In this document: positions 15,450 through 24,438 of the stretch, one piece after another
How positions within the stretch are numbered: the first letter of the stretch is position 1
Layout: each line of letters begins with the position of its first letter
Virus record (IMG/VR): IMGVR_UViG_3300042363_001649
Span: 1-26,006 of that record
DNA length: 26,006 bases
Source: a virus
Taxonomy: Duplodnaviria > Caudoviricetes
Direction: 5' to 3' (one strand)
Translations under genes and position numbers: made by a program
The notes under the pieces: generated by a model
Told to the model about the DNA's origin: nothing
What the model saw: the letters and a program-made list of their open reading frames with translations, nothing else
Databases searched by the model: none

Positions 15450-16048
15450 TTAGTTTTTCTGGCGCACAGTCAACAGGTAAGAGCACATTACTAAAGGTAT
15501 GGCAAGAGGCTTTACCTGAGTGGGATTATATTCCTGAGGTTACTAGACTGGTTAAACGTGAATACGATCTACCAATTAATGAGGATGGAAATGATCTAAC
15601 ACAAACTATGATAATGGGTGAGCATCTACGTAATGCTTTCGCAAAGAGAGAGAAGCATGCTATTTTAGATAGATGCTCTCTTGATGGGCTTGTATATACG
15701 CACTGGCTTTGTGATAATAAAAAGGTATCAATGGGAGCATATTCTCATGCTAGGTATGTTTTTGATAGTACAATTGAAAAATATGATCTTATCATTTATA
15801 CATCACCAGAAGATGTGCCTGTAGTAGATGATGGTGAGAGAAGCATTAATGTAAAATTTAGAGAAGAAATTATTGAATTATTCGAACAATATCTAACTAC
15901 TATACCTGAACGAAAACTTCTCAGGGTTAGAGGTGATGTAAGACAGCGTATTGATCAGATAGGTATTGCATTTGAACAGCTTGGTATGGGTAACTACAGC
16001 CCTTTTACCTTCAATAGATCTTTTTTTCGTCCTATCTCTTGTAATTAA
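15443..16048 (+). CDS. P-loop nucleotide kinase (AAA_28/NadR-kinase/dNMP-kinase-like)
   Basis: Walker A GAQSTGKST at the N-terminus, ILDRCSLD and DDGER; own promoter TTGATT(15409)-17-TATAAT(15432). Confidence 0.8.
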   Translation: MLISFSGAQSTGKSTLLKVWQEALPEWDYIPEVTRLVKREYDLPINEDGNDLTQTMIMGEHLRNAFAKREKHAILDRCSLDGLVYTHWLCDNKKVSMGAYSHARYVFDSTIEKYDLIIYTSPEDVPVVDDGERSINVKFREEIIELFEQYLTTIPERKLLRVRGDVRQRIDQIGIAFEQLGMGNYSPFTFNRSFFRPISCN

Positions 16049-16082
16049 CTTGCAGAACTAACAATAGAATATAAAATAAATT

Positions 16083-17018
16083 ATGGCATCAAAAAAGAAA
16101 CTAGATAATTCAGCAATAGGTAGGCATTTAGGTAAATCATCTGCGTATGTTTCAAGCTACGATCCTACTCTATTGGTAAAAGAACCAAGACAGTCAAATA
16201 GAACCCATCTCAACATCATTGAAGCAAATCTACCTTTTAGAGGATTTGATGCATGGAATGGTTATGAGGTAACTGGACTTACTAATAACGGGCTACCGGT
16301 CACTGGTATTTGTAAGTTTGTGTATCCATGTTCAAGCAAGTATATAGTAGAATCTAAATCGGTAAAACTTTACTTTAATTCTTTTAGTATGAGTAAGCTC
16401 GGCGATACGGCAGAAGAAGTACTAAATGAGATTAAGGTCCGTGCTATTAAAGATCTTTCTGATCTGGTTGAAGCTCAAGTTGAGGTTAGTGTTTTGTCAA
16501 ATTATGAAGCTCTCTCCAACGATGTGATTCCACTTGTAGAATGGGGTCACTTACGTGAAGTAGAAGACTCATATATTACTCTGGAAGATGAGTATCCTGT
16601 ATCGGGAGTAATTTTTGATAAATATACGGAATCTCCTGAGGTTTTAGAAGTTATAGACTCTGTAGTAGGTAAAGAAAAATATCATAGCTCGCTGCTAAGA
16701 TCACTATGCAGAATTACATCACAGCCAGATACCGGGGACGTATATATATATATTGAAGGAAGTAAGACAGTTGATCCTATATCTCTTCTTAAATATATTA
16801 TTTCGTTTAGAGACGAGAATCATTTTCATGAAGAGATCTGCGAGGCAATTTACACTCGGTTGTGGGAATTATTACAGCCTGAAAAACTAGCTGTAAAGTG
16901 TTTGTATGCTCGTAGAGGAGGTTGGGATATTAATCCCGAACGCGTCTCAGAAGAGAGTCTTTTGCATTATAGTTTAAGTAGTTCTAATATGATACATGTA
17001 AAAAATCCAAGACAGTAA
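16083..17018 (+). CDS. queF: NADPH-dependent 7-cyano-7-deazaguanine (preQ0) reductase QueF, bimodular type
   Basis: DAWNGYE, QueF motif IVESKSVKLYFNSF, catalytic LRSLCRITSQPDTG, FHEEICE and YARRGGWDINP. Confidence 0.93.
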   Translation: MASKKKLDNSAIGRHLGKSSAYVSSYDPTLLVKEPRQSNRTHLNIIEANLPFRGFDAWNGYEVTGLTNNGLPVTGICKFVYPCSSKYIVESKSVKLYFNSFSMSKLGDTAEEVLNEIKVRAIKDLSDLVEAQVEVSVLSNYEALSNDVIPLVEWGHLREVEDSYITLEDEYPVSGVIFDKYTESPEVLEVIDSVVGKEKYHSSLLRSLCRITSQPDTGDVYIYIEGSKTVDPISLLKYIISFRDENHFHEEICEAIYTRLWELLQPEKLAVKCLYARRGGWDINPERVSEESLLHYSLSSSNMIHVKNPRQ

Positions 17019-17033
17019 ATAACAGCTTTTTTG

Positions 17034-17783
17034 TCACAATGAATCCTCACACGGTAGTGTCCAGCCGTGTGAGGATTTTTGTAGGTTCTGTTTAAGATGA
17101 AAAACATCAACCTTATAAAGTTTTTTCCATTGAGTGAATGTTAGTGATAGATTCTCTCCAGTTTCTTTTTTTTGTAGGGTTATTTTATCTTTGCTTAGAG
17201 TTTTACTTATTTTATCGTTTATATTCTTTTTAAATTCTTCGGTTCTATTAAGATGAATATTTTTAACTCTAATAGAATTTTTTTTACTTCTTTCTTTTAA
17301 TTCTTCACTAGTCATTTTTTCCCTTTTAATTTTTTTTGCTATTATAGATTTTTTGATCCTATTTTCTTTAATTAACATCTGTTCTTCAATAGTTTTTTTG
17401 AGAAAAGTCTGTCTTCCTTTAGCTGCAGCGTCTTTCATAATATCTGGATTTAATTTCTTTGTCTCTAACTCTCTAGACTTAATTTTTCTACGCTCTTCAT
17501 CAGAGTATTTACCCAGAGTAAACCCGCCCGTTCCTCCTTTAGTAAAGTTAAAGCAATCATTTTGATGAAAGGTTTTATACATTTCAATGTAGTGTACTTC
17601 TCTCTCATCTAAAATAGTATTATTGTCTATATTTTCTAAAATTACATATTCATAACGTTCTGGATTATTTTTAAATAGTTTTAAAATATGCTTGCCGTGA
17701 GGTAAGTAGTCCTTATCGTTTTTAGTTTTACCTATATAAACAATTTTTTGCTTTAGTTTATCTTTTATACCGTAAATTCTCAT
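17034..17783 (-). CDS. GIY-YIG homing endonuclease (Seg-like, free-standing)
   Basis: N-terminal IYGI...VYIGKT, LDEREVHYI and FNFTKGGTGG; basic C-terminal half; very AT-rich. Confidence 0.85.
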   Translation of the reverse strand: MRIYGIKDKLKQKIVYIGKTKNDKDYLPHGKHILKLFKNNPERYEYVILENIDNNTILDEREVHYIEMYKTFHQNDCFNFTKGGTGGFTLGKYSDEERRKIKSRELETKKLNPDIMKDAAAKGRQTFLKKTIEEQMLIKENRIKKSIIAKKIKREKMTSEELKERSKKNSIRVKNIHLNRTEEFKKNINDKISKTLSKDKITLQKKETGENLSLTFTQWKKLYKVDVFHLKQNLQKSSHGWTLPCEDSL

Positions 17784-17868
17784 AATAATAATATTTATGT
17801 GTTACGTCGCAACTTTATTGGATTTTTTGAAAGATAGCGGTTTTTTTATTTGTAGAATAAATAATAGT

Positions 17869-18189
17869 ATGCCAGTTCCATCTACAAATAACGGTTCTAC
17901 TTATTACAATATCAATCAATGCAGATCTTTTAATCAAATTGCTGGAACCTCTTTAACTAAGTTATCTTCTCAGCCATGTTCTGAGATAGAGCTCTATAAT
18001 AGAACTGGCGGCGCTCTTAGCGCTTATGATTGCGGGTTTAGCTCTGAAGCTTTTGCTATGCTTATTAATAATAATGAAAGCGTTGTATTGAGAGGCCTTA
18101 CTAATTCAGATCAAGTCTCAGCTAAAGCAGCTGCAGCAGGTCCTATTTTTTATAGAACTCAATTTTTTAGTAGCAATCCTATAAGGTAA
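17869..18189 (+). CDS. Hypothetical protein, probably a virion component
   Basis: Start reassigned to ATG 17869 (MPVPSTNN), 5 nt after TAAATA; S/T/N-rich. Confidence 0.7.
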   Translation: MPVPSTNNGSTYYNINQCRSFNQIAGTSLTKLSSQPCSEIELYNRTGGALSAYDCGFSSEAFAMLINNNESVVLRGLTNSDQVSAKAAAAGPIFYRTQFFSSNPIR

Positions 18190-18230
18190 TAAACAGTAGT
18201 AATATACCTAAGAAGGAATAAATATACACG

Positions 18231-19808
18231 ATGAGACTGTTTAGCGAAAAGGTAGTACCTACCTTTACTAGCTCAAACCTAAACATCCTAACAGTTGAAG
18301 ATTTTCAAGAGATCTTTTTCGATGTTTTTGAGTTTGAGATAAACGGGAAAAAATTTATAGCAGAAAAAGTTTCCGAATATAAAGGATCTCCTGTTGTAGA
18401 TATTCCGCTAGTATTGGAAGGTAAGGAATATAGTGCAATGTTTGTAGTTCAACAGGGCGCTTTTGAAGTTCTTTTTAATAAAGATAGCGCAGTATATAAA
18501 AGAGATATAGATATTGAACCTAGTACTTTTGTGAAAGAAGCACAAAATGAACTTGAAGAAATTATTTTTGAGAAAAAAGAAGATATACTTAATGAAATTA
18601 CCGAAGCTAGGCAGTCTGCAGAGAGATATGCTAAGAAATTAAAGCAGCAAAAAATTCATGAAGCGGATCAATATTTAAATAAAAGAAAAGAAATTTTAGA
18701 TGCTGAAATTAATGAGTCTAAAAAAGATCTTTTAAATGAATTTTTATCTCTAGTTGAGAATGTTAAGGGTGAGTTCTTCGAGTTTAATGAAAAGGAAAGG
18801 GAAAAACTCTCTATCTTTATCGAGGATTCTATTTCTGAACTAGCCAATCAGCTGGTTGAGTCTATTGAAGAGAAGCAAGAAGTGGCAGAGAAGAGGTTTA
18901 ATGAGCAGTTAAATGAATTAGCTACAAATATTCTATCTGGTGTTCTACTTAAAGAGATTAGCTCTAATAACGATAAGTGCGTTAAAGATATTAATGAGCG
19001 CTTTGCGTTTATAACTAGCAATCTCAAAACATTATTAAGATCTGAAAGAGATCAGATCGATGAGAATGTAAATAATAAACTTACTGAATTTAACGATGCT
19101 ATCGTTAGTCTAGAAAAGACCAATATAGAGTTAAATGATCAGATCAACAAGGGAGACAATAGAGCTCTCAGCAGGATCGGTAATGTTAAGTCTCAGTTAG
19201 AGGAAGCTATTGACCTTAGTACTAATACTCTAGTAGCCCGGGTGGATGAGGCTGAGAATAAAATAAGAACCTTTTACGACAATAAGATATCACTAATTGA
19301 AGAGAAAGTAGTTGACCTTACTACAGAAAATAAGCAATACTTTATAGATTTAGTAAATGAATCTAAACAATCTCTACTAAACGAAATAGCTAATATTAAA
19401 GTTGATGTACCTAATATAGTTATAGAAAAATCTAATGGTAAGCAGGAAGTAGATCTCAAGGGAATTAAATCTGAGTTAGAAAAGATTATAGGTACAAGAT
19501 TTTCAAATGAGCTACAATCATTAAAAAGACTGATAGAGATGTCCTCTGGAGGTGGTTCAGTAGCAAAGCAATTTGCAGCTGGTGGTACGATGGATGGTAC
19601 ACTCAATGTTACTGGTCAGATTCTTTCTGCAGGTGTAGATCTGCTTACTATATTTGCAGGCGGTGATGATATAGCAGTTAACACTGTGGTGCGTTCTAGC
19701 AGTGCTAACTGGAATAGTACTTATAGTACGGTAAACGCTTTAAGTGCTACATGGAGTTTAGGTCCTGATGACTCAAATACAATTATAGGTCTTTCAATCT
19801 TTTTATAA
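18231..19808 (+). CDS. Long coiled-coil protein with a tail-fibre-like C-terminus
   Basis: E/K/L/N heptad-rich body; C-terminal GGGSVAKQFAAGGTMDGTLNVTG...SSANWNSTYSTV; TAAATA 6 nt upstream. Confidence 0.75.
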   Translation: MRLFSEKVVPTFTSSNLNILTVEDFQEIFFDVFEFEINGKKFIAEKVSEYKGSPVVDIPLVLEGKEYSAMFVVQQGAFEVLFNKDSAVYKRDIDIEPSTFVKEAQNELEEIIFEKKEDILNEITEARQSAERYAKKLKQQKIHEADQYLNKRKEILDAEINESKKDLLNEFLSLVENVKGEFFEFNEKEREKLSIFIEDSISELANQLVESIEEKQEVAEKRFNEQLNELATNILSGVLLKEISSNNDKCVKDINERFAFITSNLKTLLRSERDQIDENVNNKLTEFNDAIVSLEKTNIELNDQINKGDNRALSRIGNVKSQLEEAIDLSTNTLVARVDEAENKIRTFYDNKISLIEEKVVDLTTENKQYFIDLVNESKQSLLNEIANIKVDVPNIVIEKSNGKQEVDLKGIKSELEKIIGTRFSNELQSLKRLIEMSSGGGSVAKQFAAGGTMDGTLNVTGQILSAGVDLLTIFAGGDDIAVNTVVRSSSANWNSTYSTVNALSATWSLGPDDSNTIIGLSIFL

Positions 19809-19823
19809 AAAATAAATAAAATC

Positions 19824-20189
19824 ATGGCAACATATACAAAGCAATTATTATCACAAAGCACGAATGGCAAGTCTATTGTTATAGCTGCCAGTGGTGCTAA
19901 CACTACAACAATACACACAACACAAGCATCATCAAGTGTAGTTGATGAGGTGTGGTTATACGCCACAAACTCTACAACATCAGATATAATGTTTAATTTA
20001 TTATATGGTGGTACAAATTTTTCAACTGATATTTTATTTGAAGGTGTTATTGAGGCTTATGCTGGAAATACATTAATCTGCCCTGGTTTAATTTTACAAG
20101 GAGATGGAACTACGGGATCTTCTATATATGGAAATGCTAGTGTATTGAGTGGCATTAATGTTTTTGGCTATGTAAATAGGATAAGTTAA
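19824..20189 (+). CDS. Putative tail-associated structural protein
   Basis: Beta-rich 121-aa protein (DEVWLYATN, INVFGYVNRI) in the tail module; TAAATA 5 nt upstream. Confidence 0.7.
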   Translation: MATYTKQLLSQSTNGKSIVIAASGANTTTIHTTQASSSVVDEVWLYATNSTTSDIMFNLLYGGTNFSTDILFEGVIEAYAGNTLICPGLILQGDGTTGSSIYGNASVLSGINVFGYVNRIS

Positions 20190-20190
20190 T

Positions 20191-22872
20191 ATGAGTATTC
20201 GTTACGGAAATAAAGTTGGACCGTTAGTCTCACGTAAGTCTTCTTTTTTTAAAAAGGATAGATTTGATCGACTGCGTATTAAACAACCAACAGCAGCAGC
20301 AGCAACTCCAGCCACACCGTCTCCATGGGTTCGTCCAGCTGATTGGCTAACAATGCCGACTATAACATCATCTGATGAAAAAATAGCTTTGTTGATGCCT
20401 GTATATCCTCAAGGATCTAACTTTCTTGCTTTTACAATATCTGGAGCATATACAGTTGATTGGGGTGATGGTGTAACAGAAAATGTTGCATCTGGTGTTA
20501 AAGCTCAACATGAATATTCATATACCGACCCAGATTTAAATGCCACCGTTACAAGTGATGGTTATAAAATGGCAGTTGTAGTCATTACTCCTCAAGCTGG
20601 TCAAAATATAACAAGTGTAGACTTTAACCAAAAGTATGCACAAGCAGGATCTACATTTCCTGATTCTTCTCCTATATTAGAGATAGTTTTATCTTGTCCA
20701 AATTTAACAAGTGGAACGATAGGAGGACTTTTTGAAACTGGTACATTTTGCGAAAATTTGCTTAGCGTAAAACTTGTTAATGGTGGGTTATTGACTAATT
20801 TTACTAGATTTTTTGCTTATTTAACAAGTTTAACAAATGTTGAAATAGGAGTCATTTCTAATATTACGAATTCATCAAGCATGTTTCATAGTTGCCGTTC
20901 TTTAACTACTGTACCATTATTTGATACCGCCTCTGTTACAGATATGACTACTATGTTTAGCAATTGTATTGCTCTTACAACCGTACCACTATTTAATACT
21001 GCAGTCGTTACTAATATGAGTAATATGTTTAATGGTTGCACTTCTCTTACAACTGTACCGCTTTTTAATACCGCCAGCGTTACTAATATGAGTAGTATGT
21101 TTAGTGGTTGCACTTCTCTTACAACTGTACCGCTTTTTAATACCGCCAGCGTTACTAATATGAGTAGTATGTTTTTTGGTTGCAGCGCTCTTGCAACTGT
21201 ACCGCTTTTTAATACCGCCAGCGTTACTAATATGAGTAGTATGTTTCAGAATTGTAGCGCTCTTACAACCGTACCGTTATTCAATACATCAGCTGTTACT
21301 AATATGAGTAATATGTTTAATGGTTGCACTTCTCTTACAACTGTACCGCTTTTTAATACCGCCAGCGTTACTAATATGACTGGTATGTTTCAGAATTGTA
21401 GCGCTCTTACAACCGTACCGTTATTCAATACAGTTGCTGTTACGATCATGGGAGCGTTCGGTAATGGCATGTTTCAGGGTTGTACAGCTCTCACAAGCGT
21501 ACCACTATTTAATACTGCTGCTGTTACTAATATGACTGCCATGTTTAGTGGTTGTACGGCTCTCACAAGTGTACCGCTATTCAATACTGCCGCTGTAACT
21601 AATATGTCTAGTATGTTTAGTAACTGCCGTTCCATCACAAGCGTACCACTTTTTAATACTGAAAATGTTACTAATATGGGATTACCTGTAAGCAATGGCA
21701 TGTTTAGCAATTGTTCAGCTCTCAAAAGTGTACCACTGTTTAATACTATAAAGGTTACAGATATGACTGCCATGTTTCTTGGTTGTACGGCTCTCACAAG
21801 TGTACCGCTATTCAATACTGCCGCTGTAACTAATATGTCTAGTATGTTTAGTAACTGCCGTTCCATCACAAGTGTACCGCTATTCAATACTGCCGCTGTA
21901 ACTAATATGTCTAGTATGTTTCAGAGTTGTGTATCTCTCACAAGTGTACCACTATTCAATACTGTCGCTGTAACTAATATGAGTAGTATGTTTAATGCCT
22001 GTACTACGCTTAAAACTGTACCATTATTTAATACTGCCTCTGTTACAGATATGACTAGTATGTTTAGCAATTGTACTACTCTATATACTATACCATTTTT
22101 TAATACTGCTGCTGTTACTAATATGAATAGTATGTTTAATAATTGTATAAATCTTATTAATATCCCATTATTAATTTCAGGAGCAGGTACAACTACTAGT
22201 AAATTTGCCACTACGTTTAGTAACTGTATGAATCTTACAAGAGCAGCATTAAATGGTTCTGAATATTCAATAAGTTATAGTGGTTGTAAATTATCAAAAG
22301 AAGAATTAGAATCTATCTTCAATTATCTAGATACAATAGGTGCTGCTTCTCAAACAATAACAGTAACAAACAATTGGGGAGCGCCGACACCTGTAACTCT
22401 TACAGGAACTACAACAGCTGGAAGCACAACAATAAGCATGGCAAACACCACTGGTATTGCTGTAGGTATGCAAATTACAGGAACAGGATCGCCACTTACT
22501 ACAGCAAGAGCTGTAACATTCACAGACGCTGGAGATCTAGTCAACTTAGCATCACATGGTTTAAGTAATGGAGATGAAGTTTCTTTTGCAACTAGAGTAA
22601 CAACGACTGGTATTGTTATTAATACGATTTATTATGTAGTTAATGCTACGGCAGGTACATTTCAAGTAGCAGCAACTCTAGGTGGTCCAGCATTAGCATT
22701 AACGACAAACGGTTCTGGAACTTTACGCTATCGTACAGAAGTTGTATCAATTAATCCCAACGTAAGCATCACAGTATCACGACAAATGGCTGCGGGAGGT
22801 GCAAATAGTTTAACATTTAGACAATTAAGAACTGGAACAGCCCTATTAAAAGGCTGGGCAGTAACAGCATAA
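20191..22872 (+). CDS. Putative receptor-binding/tail protein with BspA/DUF285-type leucine-rich repeats
   Basis: N-terminal WVRPADW and YTVDWGDG (PKD-like); about 18 x 24-aa repeats VTNMSSMFxxCxxLTTVPLFNTAx; Thr/Gly-rich beta-barrel-like C-terminus. Confidence 0.85.
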   Translation: MSIRYGNKVGPLVSRKSSFFKKDRFDRLRIKQPTAAAATPATPSPWVRPADWLTMPTITSSDEKIALLMPVYPQGSNFLAFTISGAYTVDWGDGVTENVASGVKAQHEYSYTDPDLNATVTSDGYKMAVVVITPQAGQNITSVDFNQKYAQAGSTFPDSSPILEIVLSCPNLTSGTIGGLFETGTFCENLLSVKLVNGGLLTNFTRFFAYLTSLTNVEIGVISNITNSSSMFHSCRSLTTVPLFDTASVTDMTTMFSNCIALTTVPLFNTAVVTNMSNMFNGCTSLTTVPLFNTASVTNMSSMFSGCTSLTTVPLFNTASVTNMSSMFFGCSALATVPLFNTASVTNMSSMFQNCSALTTVPLFNTSAVTNMSNMFNGCTSLTTVPLFNTASVTNMTGMFQNCSALTTVPLFNTVAVTIMGAFGNGMFQGCTALTSVPLFNTAAVTNMTAMFSGCTALTSVPLFNTAAVTNMSSMFSNCRSITSVPLFNTENVTNMGLPVSNGMFSNCSALKSVPLFNTIKVTDMTAMFLGCTALTSVPLFNTAAVTNMSSMFSNCRSITSVPLFNTAAVTNMSSMFQSCVSLTSVPLFNTVAVTNMSSMFNACTTLKTVPLFNTASVTDMTSMFSNCTTLYTIPFFNTAAVTNMNSMFNNCINLINIPLLISGAGTTTSKFATTFSNCMNLTRAALNGSEYSISYSGCKLSKEELESIFNYLDTIGAASQTITVTNNWGAPTPVTLTGTTTAGSTTISMANTTGIAVGMQITGTGSPLTTARAVTFTDAGDLVNLASHGLSNGDEVSFATRVTTTGIVINTIYYVVNATAGTFQVAATLGGPALALTTNGSGTLRYRTEVVSINPNVSITVSRQMAAGGANSLTFRQLRTGTALLKGWAVTA
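20863..22170 (+). repeat. Intragenic 72-nt (24-aa) tandem repeat array, about 18 units
   Basis: 21007-21091 is identical to 21295-21379 (offset 4 x 72); 21532-21641 and 21763-21872 differ at 2 nt. Confidence 0.9.
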
Positions 22873-22876
22873 TTTT

Positions 22877-23044
22877 ATGACAGAAGGATTCTATAAAAAA
22901 GATAATGAGGAACTTTTCTATGCTCCAAACATAGTAGAAGGAAATGGGTTTGTGTTAGTAGCTCAAGACAAAGATCAATATGAATATCCAGTAGATGGAT
23001 GGGTTTGGTTTGATAGTGAAGAAGAAGCTATTACGACACTATAA
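22877..23044 (+). CDS. Small acidic protein (55 aa, ...YEYPVDGWVWFDSEEEA...), possible fibre-associated chaperone
   Basis: Translated by hand; starts 4 nt after the fibre gene stop and ends at a terminator. Confidence 0.75.
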   Translation: MTEGFYKKDNEELFYAPNIVEGNGFVLVAQDKDQYEYPVDGWVWFDSEEEAITTL

Positions 23045-23045
23045 T

Positions 23046-23078
23046 AAAAAAAGAGCCGATCTTTCGATCGGCTCTCTT
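23046..23078 (-). terminator. Rho-independent terminator (GAAA tetraloop on the - strand), likely bidirectional
   Basis: Perfect 10-bp stem AGAGCCGATC 23052-23061 / GATCGGCTCT 23066-23075; the A-run 23046-23052 gives a U-tail on the - strand. Confidence 0.85.
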
Positions 23079-23097
23079 AGTATATGAAGAAGAAGTA

Positions 23098-23511
23098 TTA
23101 ACGATAACCTAGATATACTTCCTTTTGAATTTGTGGAAATGATGTATCAAATCCGTTAGCTGTAAGAGTCTGCTCTGTAGTTGTAGCACCAGTTACAACA
23201 GTAAAGAGTGATGAGGAATCATCTGTAAATACAACCGCCATTGTTTGGCCGTTATAAGCTCTATCAACTCTAAATGTTGTACCGGCAAATGCTGAAAGAG
23301 TAGCAAACGAACCAGTACCAGAAGCAGGAGATACTGCTGATGAAAGAAGAGTATTGAAAGCTACTCCACGGACTGCTTTTGAGTCTGTTGTACCGGTGGT
23401 GAGAAGTTCGACTGTCTTAAATTGACCTGTACTGGAAAGAGACCAGCTCAAATTTAATGGACCTAAACCGAATGCTGAGAGAACCTGATTGTTAAAACTA
23501 ATGACTGGCAT
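23098..23511 (-). CDS. Hypothetical virion protein, possibly capsid-associated
   Basis: S/T/G/A-rich 137 aa; downstream of and co-oriented with the capsid gene; TAAATA 5 nt upstream. Confidence 0.7.
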   Translation of the reverse strand: MPVISFNNQVLSAFGLGPLNLSWSLSSTGQFKTVELLTTGTTDSKAVRGVAFNTLLSSAVSPASGTGSFATLSAFAGTTFRVDRAYNGQTMAVVFTDDSSSLFTVVTGATTTEQTLTANGFDTSFPQIQKEVYLGYR

Positions 23512-23588
23512 ATTATTATTTATTCATCTCCATATCTTTTTATATAAAAAAATAACAGAGCGTTACCCCGGCTTGACTAAATATTTAC

Positions 23589-24368
23589 ATGAGGAATAAA
23601 ACTTACGAGCTTTATATAACAAAAAATAACGTTACGGGATGTGTGTATGGTGGAAAACATAGTTATACAAATAAAAGAGGAGTATATTTAGGATCGGGAT
23701 TTAGACTTAAAAGAGCGTTTAAAAAATACGGAAAGGAAAATTTCTCTGTACGTGTACTTCGCCTACAATTAACCAATGCAGAAGATATGAATGTTAAGGA
23801 AATTAGACTTATACGCTTATTAAAATATGTATTTAAAGATAAATGCTATAATATTCATAGAGGTGGTAGCGGAGGCGATTATTATAAGTATCTCACTCCT
23901 GAAGAAAGACTAAAAGTAAATTTACGTATTAGTGAGAGTAAGAAGCTACAGTATAGTAGAGGAGAGACAGATGCGCAAAAATTAGGCCATAAAAAGCAAT
24001 CTACAACTTTAAAGGAAAAAAATAAAAATGATTTAGAATACCGTAAACGGATGCTAGATATATGGCGTAGAAAAGGTAGAGTGTTATCTGATAGAGTAAC
24101 GGCTCATGGATTAACAGCTAAGGAGTTGGAGCGTAATTTAAATAACGGCATAAAACAGACACGACTCTATAATATATTAATATCATACCCATCAGGTAAT
24201 AGCGAAACTATTACTATAAATTCAAAGAAATTTAAAACAATTTACAAAACAGACGATAGTATGTTTTCTACCTTACGTAAAACTGGAATATACACAGTAA
24301 ACATACGACGATCAACAACTAAACATCCTTTCCCTATAGGCACACAACTTACAATTAAATACACATAA
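23589..24368 (+). CDS. GIY-YIG homing endonuclease (Seg-like)
   Basis: YELYITKN..TG.VYGGKH, YLGSG..LKRAFKKYGKENF and CYNIHRGGSGG; GACTAAATA at 23575-23583. Confidence 0.88.
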   Translation: MRNKTYELYITKNNVTGCVYGGKHSYTNKRGVYLGSGFRLKRAFKKYGKENFSVRVLRLQLTNAEDMNVKEIRLIRLLKYVFKDKCYNIHRGGSGGDYYKYLTPEERLKVNLRISESKKLQYSRGETDAQKLGHKKQSTTLKEKNKNDLEYRKRMLDIWRRKGRVLSDRVTAHGLTAKELERNLNNGIKQTRLYNILISYPSGNSETITINSKKFKTIYKTDDSMFSTLRKTGIYTVNIRRSTTKHPFPIGTQLTIKYT

Positions 24369-24377
24369 TAAAAGAGG

Positions 24378-24409
24378 AGCCCTAAGAGCTCTTCGGCGCT
24401 CTTAGGGCT
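24378..24409. terminator. Strong hairpin between the convergent seg-like and capsid genes
   Basis: AGCCCTAAGAGC 24378-24389 pairs with GCTCTTAGGGCT 24398-24409 around CTTCGG. Confidence 0.75.
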
Positions 24410-24438
24410 AGATTTGTCGTTCTTAATACTAATTAGTA

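Noticed and set aside
8069-19966. Nested or antisense ORFs (8069-8287, 9665-9925, 11559-11834, 13366-13767, 13783-13977, 17353-17565, 19274-19606, 19721-19966)
   Set aside because: They overlap well-supported genes and show no recognisable motifs
20886-22568. Repetitive antisense and alternate-frame ORFs inside the LRR gene
   Set aside because: By-products of the 72-nt repeat's codon pattern
20191-22872. Diversity-generating retroelement target
   Set aside because: No reverse transcriptase and no template/variable repeat pair with adenine-specific differences; the duplicates are in-frame intragenic repeats
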